Source: Macrostomum lignano
Taxonomy: Eukaryota
Assembly: GCA_002269645.1 (NCBI GenBank)
Contig: NIVC01003582.1
Coordinates: forward strand, 25,753-89,752
Reading direction: 5' to 3'
DNA length: 64,000 nt
Every line of letters starts with the position of its first letter. Position 1 is the stretch's first letter. The position numbers and the translations under genes were made by a program. The notes below the pieces were generated by a model. That model had not been told where the DNA came from. It searched no databases and saw nothing but the letters and a program-made list of their open reading frames with translations. Shown here piece by piece: positions 25,708 through 36,486 of the stretch.

Positions 25708-26653
25708 GAAAAGAGCTGTGACAATAATTAGTAGTTAACGAAACAAAATGAAAATTATTGAAGCACGAAAGAACCGAAAATAGAGGAATGAACTTATAAC
25801 GATCGACGAGAACGATAACAGATATTGCAGCGGTGAATATTTGAATGAATTTGGGATTAAAAATCCATATCAGAAGTCAATATTTTAGATATTTGTGGAA
25901 ACTTCTGAAGGGACAGTAATATAGCAACAAGGGATACGAAAAAACCAATACGAAAAAAATTATTATGCAGATCAAAATATATGCTGCTGAATTACATGAC
26001 ATGATATATACAGACACAGTTCAATGCATTGATTTCTAACTAGATGTAATTTGCTAAACGGTAACTCGGCACAATAACCTAATAAAGTGGCCTGTCTGCC
26101 AGCACCACACAGAATGACAGGCACACATTAAAGAAGACAGCAACGCGAGATGAAGATGGTAGCCCCTAGTTTACCTAAGAACCCCAAAACACACGCGAGA
26201 AGAGGAAACGGAAAAAGAATTTGGGCAAGCCCAGAGGCGAGCCCAGGTTCACGCCGACGCGAACCCAGCCGAGGACCGGCCAATGCTGACCGCGAGGGCA
26301 CGCCCACTGAGCGCTGGAAACCGACCTCGGAACAACGAAACTAACGAGTGAACATAACAGCTTAACGAACGGCAGAGAACGCGCTAAAGACCGACAAGCG
26401 CTGCTTAACTCACAAACGAAACGCGATTAAATGACGATGCAAATTAACAAACTCTTGGACTGCTTTTATCCGAAAACTATTCATACATTGATGTTACACG
26501 TATCTACATGTACATGCATGAGCCCTGTACTCCGTTCTCTAATCTGTTTATTTTATTTTCTGTCAATTATATTAGTTTTTATGCAGTTTTAAAGGAAAAT
26601 TTTCTGAATGATAAGTTTACCGATCTTGATTTTTGAGTTTTGATTGATTTTTA

Positions 26654-28500
26654 TTAATTAAATAGCTGTGCTAGAAAATTTCGAAAACGTGACGGTTTGG
26701 TAACAATTCTTCCGGATCTAGTCGTCTGTGTCGATTGAGACAAGGAAATGGCGTCAATCTGTTCTTGTGGAACGACAGCTTCCATCATGGTCTCACTGTC
26801 AGGATCCTCGATGGTTTCTACCGGCATAGCTTCCCCCCTAACGGGACTGTCTTCGGCTGGAGCTTGCTCCTCGGTGACATCTTCTGCAGCCTCCTCCAAC
26901 AGATCGCCATTTTCATCGAACATAGCTCTGCTATTCTGCTCACTGTTCGAAACCTCGTTCAGGTCACCTTTATCGAGTACCTCCGCCTCTCCTTCCAAGG
27001 CCTCTATCGGCGCTGGTGGCACTGCAACTGGCAGGTCGGGAGCGGCAACTGTGATAACCTGCTGGGACTCATCCACAAGCGCTGATGATGCACTTTCTGA
27101 AACCTGGAGCGGTGGGGTCGCAGCACTTTGATTAGAACCGGTGATGGAACGCGAAGACTCCCAGGTAGACTGGTCGTCTCCTCGCAAGCCTAATCTTGAC
27201 GACGGCATTCTGGCTGGCATGCGAGTCCCGTACCTGTCGACAACATCTTCATATGTCTGTTTGTGCACACAGCGCTTCATCCGATCGATATTGCACACAT
27301 TGTGAGACGGGTTGGGAATGCGCTCCAAAGGATTTATTCTAGCGAATTTTGGAATGAGTCTGTAATTCCTCTCCGAAATCTTTTGCACCACTTTGTACGG
27401 TTCTAACCAGACAGCACTGTCGAGGCCACGATGGTTGGCGTTGAGGACCCATACAAGATCGCCTATCTCGAAGTTCGAGTTCAGCGCGCTGCGGTCATAG
27501 TAGCGCTTTTGGCGCTCTTGAGCTTTTCCACGGGCATGGCGCGCAGCGGCTGACACCTTAACGAGCGTCTGGTGCAGATAATGTGCATGCAGTTCAGGTC
27601 TGCACCTATCTTGAACTGGTGGACTATGATCGAGATCCAGTGGCAGATTTAGCTCGTGTCCAAAAAAGATCTTTGCGGGAGAAAATCCAGTGGACTCGGC
27701 GACTGTTGCCCGAATCGAGAGAGCTGTTAACCGGGCCACAAGAGGCCAATCGAACTGCCGATCCAACCAAATAACACGAATCTGACCTTTTACTGTCTGT
27801 ATCATTCGCTTAACCTTCCTGTTCGCTTGTGGACCTTCCTGTTCGATTGTGGACGTCGTGATGTGACACGCGCCATGTCCACGTCGAGAAGTCGAGTGAG
27901 CTCAGATACTGTGCTGTTGGCTGTGTTGCATATGCTGCATGCTATGCTGCATTATTCATAGATTTATTTTCTTCTAAAAGTAGTCTATGTGCCATCGGGG
28001 CAAAATGCTACCGTACACCTTGTTTGCTAGAAACTTCAATGCCCTTAACGGTAAAGAAGTATAAGAGCGATCTTCGTGCTCATGCCAATTTGGAGCTGCT
28101 CAAATAACGCCCTCCTTCAATTCATAAACCCAAGTGCCTTCGTGTTCTTCAACCGTAACAGTGCTGTTGACAAAGGCTGTACCGTTGTTCGAGACAATCT
28201 GTTCCATGCACCCGTATCTCGCGATCCATTCGGTTAGGATATTGACCGCGGTCGTTTCCGCTGAAACATCGGCTACGGGAATAACCTCTACAAAACCCGA
28301 AAATCGGTCTACCATTACGAGCAAGTACTTATATCCTGTTTGCTCGGGAAACGGACCTGCGTGATCGACGTGGAATACCTGGTTCGGGTAGCCCGAGAGT
28401 TCGGGCTGCAGTGGGGCTTTATGCTTTAGTTTTGACTTTTTCGTTCTAGCGCAGGCTTCACACTCAGCTAGATTCCCTTGACATACGTTTCTAGGTCGGC
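26654..28500 (-). pseudogene. pol: Gypsy integrase, disrupted, with acidic C-terminal tail
   Basis: Motifs: CEAC zinc-finger remnant, HVDHAGPF, VMVDRFSG, IVSNNG (catalytic D>N), QANRKVKR, TGFSPAKIFFG, WLEPYKV (GPY/F-like) and TRSGRIVTKPSRF. Confidence 0.9.
27915..28160. mobile_element. 246-bp solo LTR inserted in the integrase core
   Basis: Termini are TGTTGG..GTAACA (TGTT..AACA) with TSD GTGC at 27911-27914 and 28161-28164. Removing it restores TAFVNS-TVSELTRLL. Confidence 0.85.
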
Positions 28501-29299
28501 GATGGCAAAACGAGATCGAATAGCTGTCAGGGTTTTTGTAATGCCACTAACAGCATCAAATAACAAATAACATTCATTAACAGCATCAAATAACAGGAAT
28601 CACTAACAGCTTATTGGTTGACCTAGTGTTCTTTTTCGGCTTAAGTTGATATAGGAGGCCGTTTTCGACCTTCAGTTCATCGAACAGCACCACAAGATTC
28701 TAACTTCACGACTGCAACTCTGCAGGCTAGCCTTAGGAGGCTTTTCTGCACGGCCCTGCACGCAATCGATCAGTTGAGCGATGTCAACGCAAGTCTCTTG
28801 TGATTCGCGTGCCCATTCTAGTTCCGGGTTAAACCGACTCGACTGAAGATTTACTGGATGCCGATTGTTCAGCTTCAGCTACCCTAACTGCTAGTCGAGA
28901 CGTTTCGATTGGCATTGTCGCTTCGACAGCAGCCTCTGCAACTGGAGTCGCAGTGAAAAATGTGCACTGTGCTGATGTGTTGGTTGTGACTTTTTCGGTT
29001 TGACAAGCTAATGTTACTACTGTTTCGATATTGTGACGGCTCGTGACAGGCGAGTCCATCTGGCCACATACGTCCGCTACAAAGCATTGCACTGCGGCGT
29101 CAACTTGTTGCCTCCTGATGTTAACTGATGCTGACTTTTGTGCCTTCTCGCTTTTAAATTTCTCTTGAAATGCGGGAACCATGCTGCATGACGGGCAGTC
29201 GAAGTGATCGGCACGAAAGCGAGGATTTCGGCTCAGCATATCTGCCGTGACATGGTCTTTCCCTGGCCGGTACTGGACCTCAAAGTCGTATTCTCCGAC

Positions 29300-30684
29300 T
29301 ATTTGAAGAGCTGACTGTTCGATGTTGAATTCGTACAAATCTATGGTCGCGAGTCACTGCGCGAGCATGCCTGTGGCATGCTTCTTAGAATGAAGCCACT
29401 GAAGGGCTGCGGCATCCACTCTGACTGTAAAAGGTCGATCTAACAGATATGTACGGAAGTTTTCTAACACGAGCACTAACCCTAGTAACTCGCGCATGGT
29501 TGCACTGACTGTGAAAATTTCTTGAATGCGTACGCAACGACTTGTTCTGACCCATCTGGGCCAATCTGAGACAGCACGCCGCCAAATCCTTCAAGTGAAC
29601 TGTCGCAGTCGAGAACGAACCCACGACTGTCGGGAGACAGGTCCGGATACGCTAATACTGGTGGGTTACACAAACTGCGCTTGAGTTCTTGGAACGCACG
29701 TTCGGGCGTTCTAACCACACGAACTTTTCTGAACCTTTCGCCAACACGTACAGCGGCGTGGCAATAATTGAGAATCGTTGTACGAATTTCCTTTAATAGT
29801 TGGCAAAGCCGAGAAATGCCATTAACTGTTTCTTGTCTTTCGGTCTACACCACTCTTGAACTGCTCGAGTCTTGGCTGGGTCGGCTTCGATACCGTTAGA
29901 CGAGAATAAGAACCCTAAAAACTTAACTCTGTCTTTGAATAGCTCACACTTCGCAGGTTTAATCTTCAGATTGGCCTTGCGAAGTTGCCAAAGCACCAGC
30001 GCTAGGTGCGCGATCATTTGGTCGTTATTCTGTGCCTTTATTATTATGTCATCGAGATAAATTAAGCTAACTTTCATAAGCAATGGCTGGAATACCTTGT
30101 GCATTAATTTAGCGAAGTTCGCGGGAGCTGTTTTGATCCCAAAAGCTAGGTATTACCTTCCAACGAAACGTGCCTTGCGGACAAGAGAAAGCTGTAAAAT
30201 CTCTGTCTTCTTCTTTGATTCCCACCTGCCAATAAGCAGATGTTAAGTCAAGGCTACTAAGCACCGAAGAACCAGCCAGACTATCAAACGACTCGTCAAT
30301 TAATGGCAATGGAAAACTACAGGGTCTAATTAACTTGTTTACAGCTCGGTAGTCCATACATAGTCTCTGAGACCCGTCTTTCTTCTTAACTAACACTATC
30401 GGTGATACCCAGTCTGAATCACACTCTTCAATTACATCCTGCTTGAGTAGTTGACTAATATGTTGATCTAAGAACTCCTTTTGAGCTGGAGTTGTTCTTC
30501 TCGAAGCGAGCAGAACCGGACGACTGTCCTTCTCAATCAGATCGATTGACATTTCATGTAGCTTAGTACGACCGAGATCACTATCATCCTGTGAGATCTG
30601 GCTTAAGAAGTAATTAAGCGTGCGCAAAGTTAGAGCTAACTGATTTGGAGTCAGACTGGACTGGTCGAGTCGGAACTGTTTCAC
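29300..30684 (-). pseudogene. pol: Gypsy reverse transcriptase and RNase H, frameshifted
   Basis: Motifs: SPIVLVKKKDGSQRLCMDYR, SLDLTSAYWQ, YLDDIII, VKFLG, LDCDSS..GGVLSQ and FTVRVD..LQWL. Confidence 0.95.
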
Positions 30685-31099
30685 AAGCCATTCTGCTGTA
30701 CCTTTTTCTGGTGGTGGTAATCTTGAAATCTTACTGTTAAGGAGATTGCAGTTGTCTATGGAAAAATCCCTCTGACAGAGCAGTTGGTACCACGACTTCT
30801 CCCTGGCCTAGCTCTTGAAAAGATGCAATCTCTTGGTCACGCTCAATCCTAGCTGGTTGATCGCTACTATTTAGCAATCGGACTAACACGTGATTCGTCG
30901 GGCTGACTCTATCTACTGACCTAGCCACAAAACATTCGGAGCCCGTATTGAAAAGTTTAGAAGTGACATTCAAGTTCGGCACAGTGTCAATCACTCGACT
31001 CGGCACTAGGGTTTCCGAGTGAGGTGGTAGTTCAGAGGTACAAGCAGCCAAAACACGGCGCATGCGAAACACCCCCTTATCGCCCTCAATCACAGGCAT

Positions 31100-31868
31100 G
31101 CCCCACCGGCCACGAGTACCTGGCCACAGGTGAAGTCCAGCAGCACCTGGAAACCACGGACGAAATCAATACCTAAGAGCGATTCAGCAGTGGATTCTTC
31201 GGTCACAAGGAAAACGTGATGCTTTTTAATCTTGCCTATAGTTCCACTTCGCAACGTAAAGAGCCTAAAATCTGGGTGGCGGACCCGTTTAAAGCCGTCG
31301 CCTTTGCGCCTTTGTGCGCTGGCGAAAAGATGTTGTTGATCGGATCGGCTTCAACCAGTCTCTCCATGGCCTGCTTCTCCATCACGCTGGCGTTTGCTCC
31401 TGAGTCAAAGCAAGCCATGACCTGGTTGTCCCCGATTCGCAACTGGACAAAGAAGCTGGAATCCACCGCATGCTCATCGGAACTACGAGTAGTTTGGCCT
31501 AAATGCGTCTGATAAATCCATGGAATTGGCCTTACCCCACAAGCCTGATCGCGCTTTTTGCCAGAGTCAATTTTCCGATGGAATTGGACTCTTGTGCCTA
31601 CGAGCTGGTGCTGGTCAGCGGAACGGTTCAAGGATTCAGACAGCTCACCACGGTGAAAGAAGAGTTGGTTAGGAAGTTGTTCTGATTGAATGAAATCGAA
31701 GTTCCCCTTCCAGGAAACAATTGAACCAACCTTCGACGTGTGCTGGGTCTGACCATTTGGAGGATGACTAGCGGTCTGGTGAGCCATTGGAGGTGATGGT
31801 GTGATGGGACAGTCGGCAATGAAATGGTCCTCACCACCGCACCTGTGGCACTTCCTTGATCTTGACAC
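31100..31868 (-). pseudogene. Gag CCHC knuckle, cold-shock-like domain and aspartic protease
   Basis: CHRCGGEDHFIADC (31850-31809); VGSIVSWKGNFDFIQ..LFFH..VGTRVQF..A.GVRPI (about 31733-31524); CFDSGA (Asp at 31406); LLGIDF after a frameshift near 31240. Confidence 0.8.
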
Positions 31869-32540
31869 CGCTGTACCAAATTGCTGAGTTGCTCCGTGAT
31901 TTGGCGGTTCTTGTGCTTGTTATGTGGCTTGTGTTGGTTTGAATTTTGGATTGACTTGTTAGAAGGTTGTGGTTGATGAGAGGTCTGCTAACCGGGCATA
32001 AGATGCTAACCTATCGTAAAACTCGGCAATCGATTCGGTGCTGTTCTGGTGAGCGGCAACTATAGTTCAATATAACTTTTATCCCTAATGTTAGAGTCAG
32101 TGTAACGCACTCTCATAGAATTCAGTGCCTCTTCACAGGTCTGGTCCGTGAGATTGTTATTTAGAAAACTCCTGGCATTCTGGTGACAGAAGGGACAGCA
32201 GGACTGCAGTCTGTTGAAAGTAAGGAACCCTATGAGCTTCAATGTACGCATTGAACTGAGCTTCCCAAGCATCAAACTTCGTGGTGCAAGTGAACAACGG
32301 TGGCGGCCGAAGTTTAATGCGGCCCCCTGTTTCCTTCTGTCTGTTGACTCTGGTAGAACGATTGAGAACGGGACTCTCTTGAGAATTGATTTTCTAACAA
32401 CCGGTGCAGTGCGTCAATGGTATTAGCAAGAAGTGGCTCTGAGTCTGTGGTGTTGCTTGCCACAAACTTTCTTTCCTGAGCAGAAGCGTCTGGATTTGGA
32501 GCCGCCAGTGCATGGCACCCCTGTCCTCGCGGTCACTCAT
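31869..32540 (-). pseudogene. gag: Gypsy gag capsid region, frameshifted
   Basis: The probable ATG is at 32540. The frame around 32330-32060 reads IKLRPPPLFTCTTKFDAWEAQFNAYIEAH..TAVLLSLL..ALNSMRVRY. Confidence 0.7.
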
Positions 32541-32916
32541 GATCGGCTCGGCAAAGAAGGAAGATAAACGAAGCAAAGCGAAAGAGAGCAAACGACGAAG
32601 AAACAGACGAAAGAAAAGCAAAAAACACACTGAAAGTCTGGCGGAGGAAAATACCAGCCTACAGGAGCCTAAATTCACGCAAACCAGAGCAAAGCCGCCA
32701 GACAGAGCCCTATGCACACAAGCAGACAGGCTCACCCTTCTCAGGCTATTGAGGCTAATTGCAGATGGAACCGGCTCCACTGGCAGCGGCCGCAACGAAC
32801 GCCGGGTCAGCTCGGTCGCCTGGGTCGCTGTGGCTGTCGGATTCGCCGCGGCTCGCCGAGTTCACCGAGCCGTTGAGTCGTCGGGGCCACCGGGTCGCCG
32901 AGTTCACAGGTTTTCT

Positions 32917-33105
32917 GAGTCATCGGGGTCTCTGTGTTGCCGAGATCACCGGGTTGCTGAGTCGTCGGGGTCTCTGTGTTGCCGAGATCACCGGGTTGCT
33001 GAGTCGTCGGGGTCTCTGTGTTGCCGAGATCACCGGGTTGCTGAGTCGTCGGGGTCTCTGTGTTGCCGAGATCACCGGGTTGCTGAGTCGTCGGGGTCTC
33101 GGTGG
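32917..33105. repeat. 42-bp tandem repeat, about 4.5 copies, in the Gypsy 5' leader
   Basis: The unit is GAGTCGTCGGGGTCTCTGTGTTGCCGAGATCACCGGGTTGCT. Confidence 0.9.
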
Positions 33106-33192
33106 CGTCGAGTTCATGCACTGGGTTTGTTGAGTCTGTTGAGTCTTTGTCTCGGTGGCGCCGAGTTTATTGGGTTTGTTGAGTTGCCGTAG

Positions 33193-33209
33193 TCTCGGTG
33201 CGACTTCCA
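33193..33209 (-). other. Primer-binding site, tRNA-Gln-like
   Basis: The minus strand reads TGGAAGTCGCACCGAGA, 6 nt inside the 5' LTR boundary. It matches 14/17 to TGGAGGTTCCACCGAGA, the complement of the vertebrate tRNA-Gln 3' end recalled from memory. Confidence 0.6.
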
Positions 33210-33856
33210 AATTTATGTGACGAATAAGGCGGAAGACTTTGTGTAGCGGATAATTGGGATTAATCTACGATCCAGCAGATCAGCAGCCGATTTTACCCTT
33301 AGCGTGAATTTGCAGATTTAGTATATTTAGATAGACATTTAGTATATTAGGATTGGTACTTAATTTGATGCGCCTAGCAAGGGCCGGTCAGGATTCAGTT
33401 GATTGGTGGGTGGGCCGAGGTAGGCGGTAGAGGGTTAAGGTAAAGAGGCCAGACAGCTAAGGGATCCGCAAGCTTAGAGCGAGAAGCGAAGCGAGGAAGC
33501 AAATGGAGAGAGCGGCCGCTGACTGCAAGTGTATATTTATAATTGGTGAGTAAACAAGATAACAACAAGCTTAATCCAAAAACCAGACAAATCCCCTCAG
33601 GCGCAATGTACATGTACAAATTATTCGATAAAATACGATTATCGTGCAAGAATACTATAACGCCAGTACATGTACATAGATGGAACTACTTTACGAGAAA
33701 TAAAACGATATGCAAGAAAAACAAATAATAGAATAAATAAATACGAGGCTACAAAAACCTAAAGATTCAACAGTAACATTAGCGCAATAATAATACGTGT
33801 TGAATATTGTTAAAATTAAAGAATACAAGTAGTACGGTATGCATGCGAGATAAGGA

Positions 33857-35388
33857 GCCTCTTCATTTCGCCGGTTCGAAAAACGGAACCAGTTCCGAAC
33901 CGGTTCGACGCTCTTCATATCGATGGTTCGAAAAACAGAATCAGTTCCGGAACATGGTTCTGATTCTGGAATATGGTTCGAGAAATTTTCTCGAACCGTT
34001 GTCATGTTCACACTTTAACAGTAAAATATATTTGAAATCGTCAATTTTTTATTATTGTTACATAATTATTCCGTTCTTTGTCATATCCAAGAAGAAACAA
34101 ACTCAAAGAACGACAAAATTAAATTGTTAAGACTGTCAAACATAAAATAGGTTCGAAGCTCCTCATTTCACACTGGTTCTGGTTTTAGAACTCGAATTTA
34201 TTCTGGTTCTAGAACCGTTTGTCGTGAAGAGTGTGATAAATACAATATACGATACGGCAAATAGATTAGGCCATAGACAAACCTACGACGTATTATTGGA
34301 GCATGTAGAGATTTTCAAACTATTGGTCCTATTTGCCTATCGCCGGTCGGCGAGTCCTACCAGACTTTCTCCAATAGTCGCAGGTACGGTACAAGTAAAT
34401 AACGAACGCGATTGAAGCGAGTCAAGCGGATTTAGAGAGTGATAGTCCTAGATGATAAAGGCTAATCAAGATTGTGACACTAATTTACAAAGTAGTTACT
34501 TGAAATCAATTACAAACTTCTTAATACGCAAACTCGCAACGCAATTAATATTCGAGCACGGATAACAACGATATAATTAATTAGTTACGCACTGGTGAGC
34601 GGATCTCAGCTCGGAAGAAGAAGAAAGACCGAACAGGACTACGGAGAAAGACTCCTAAACACTGGCCTAAACCCAAGCCTACTCTCAGGCGAGGACCCCG
34701 ACGGATTGACAGTTCAGCGGAGCTCTGGCTAAGTCCTACCAGCTCTGCCCTTCAGTGCAACACTGAGGCCCTCGGGGTCGAGGCCACGTACTGTGTCAAA
34801 ACCGTCAGTTCCTATCTAAACCGCGCTCGTCGACGACGCCCTCAGGACAGGATTATCGCGGGCGTTACGCCAACAAGACTTTTGCGGTTGGGCGAGGGAA
34901 TAACACAAGGACCGGGGGAGACGATGCAGACCAAGCGCCTCAAAGCGCGATAAGAAGGCGAAACGGCTGGGAGGTTGAACAAACTAAAGGCCAAAAAACA
35001 GAAGTGAGATCTGACCGCCAAAACACACTTTCATTTATAGTCACTGTCAAACCCCTCAAACCCCCCCCCCTCAAGCCGTGGTGGGTGGTGGGTGTCTGGC
35101 CGGCCGCTCGTTAAGCTGACTTGCACTGGACCCGCGGCGCTCTCTCAGACCGGGTAGAACTTGTTTTTTTTGCCGCGTGCCAGGGTCCATGCCGATCACG
35201 ATTGGCTGGCCGCGCAAAGCTGGGGTATGCTGGAAAACTTCGACCATCCGCTGTGTCACAATTGGCGTCCAGCTTCTGACCTGTTTACACAAAATAAACT
35301 CTAAACTAAGGGAAAAAAGTACATTGAAACGCGTGACTAAAACAAGCAAAATAAACTAACACAAAAGATGCTCACACTACAAGAGGTC
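33857..35388. mobile_element. About 378-bp MITE-like element inside the 5' LTR, itself split by a solo LTR
   Basis: The left end is GCCTCTTCA; the right end reconstructs to TGAAGAG|GTC. AAGGA is duplicated at 33852-33856 and 35389-35393. Internal GGTTCGAAAAAC and GGTTCT..AGAAC subrepeats are present. Confidence 0.7.
34232..35381. mobile_element. 1150-bp solo LTR of a third family
   Basis: Termini are TGTGATAAA..CACTACA with TSD AGAG at 34228-34231 and 35382-35385. Confidence 0.85.
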
Positions 35389-36486
35389 AAGGAAATACGA
35401 TTCATAGGCTTCTACGAATTACACTGTCACACAGTTCTGTTATAGAAGGCGTTTTTTGTCCAAATTTACATTAAACACAGTCCTTTAATGGCTGCCAACT
35501 TCATTTAATTTAGGATAAATTCTGTTACAATGCTATTAAAAAATATCACTGCCTCGCGATTTCACTGTCCATGACAATCGTACACAGCTTTTCCAGCGTG
35601 CCGAGTCTACCGGCCTCTAGTGGTCCTTGGGCTCAACCTTTGAGGCAGATACATCCGCAAATACAAGCAAGGGTTCTAGCGTCTTCCGAACAAATTTCGC
35701 GTCAAGGCAGCACTCTGAAAAATTAAAACTCGTGACCGTAGAATAAGAAATAATGACATTTCTGCCTCGCCTGACCGTTTATTCTGTAGGGTCAATATAT
35801 GACACTGAATATGAATATTACATTGCGATACATTTAAGTGGTTATTAGAAAGTTTAGCTTCAGTGTACATAGTAAATCGTTTAAATATATCGTCTTTAAA
35901 TAATAGCATGGATATATTTGAAGGTAAAAAATTAGCTCTTGTGCTTGTGCTTGTGCTCTTAGTTTTGTGCTTAAAAGTGGTATAAAATGGAAACAGCGCA
36001 AGTCAACTCAATTTTTCGACAATTCATCGCAACGAAAAACAAGATACGCTGGATCATTTTAAACAAATTACAATGAAAATCTGGTGAAAAATTAAGTTAT
36101 GTCGTGGTCTAAAAGGGTGCCTAATTCTTGCAAAAATGAGCATACCTAAGTTCATATTGGAACTTGAAATCCTAACATATTCGAAAAACCAGCAGTGGAA
36201 CAGTTGGCAACCTAAACGGCAACCAGCTGGCATATCAGGGCATGCTTTGAACTTTTGATTGAAAAAAACACAATTTAAGCAAATTAGAAGCCTAGATGCT
36301 TCACAGAGAAAGTAGTTGTGCAAAAATTTTAATTTCGATCCGGTCACTTATGCTTATTGGAAATTTGGCAGCCTCATTTTCGTCAATAACTTTGCAAAAG
36401 CAGATCACAATAAGTTCACTTCGTAAGTTTTTTCATCAAACTAAAACTGCAACTTCTAAACTGGAGAGCCTCATTATCTTCATTCT

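Larger units (their letters stand above)
24989..35431 (-). mobile_element. Full-length degenerate Ty3/Gypsy LTR retrotransposon with nested insertions
   Basis: Both LTRs run TGTGACGAATAAGG..ACACTGTCACA. The 4-bp TSD CAGT is at 24985-24988 and 35432-35435. PBS, PPT and gag-PR-RT-RH-IN order are on the minus strand, with many frameshifts and stops. Confidence 0.95.
33216..35431 (-). repeat. 5' LTR of the large Gypsy, interrupted by a 1.5 kb nested insertion
   Basis: LTR homology runs 33216-33856, stops, and resumes at AAGGAAATACG (35389). Confidence 0.9.

Noticed and set aside
25694-26650. env-like or extra ORF in the Gypsy 3' region
   Set aside because: Only a 64-aa antisense ORF is present, with no signal peptide or TM pattern.
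1545-27095. Hammerhead ribozyme cores at CTGATGA hits (about 1548, 15325 and 27082)
   Set aside because: No properly placed GAAA or flanking stems were seen.
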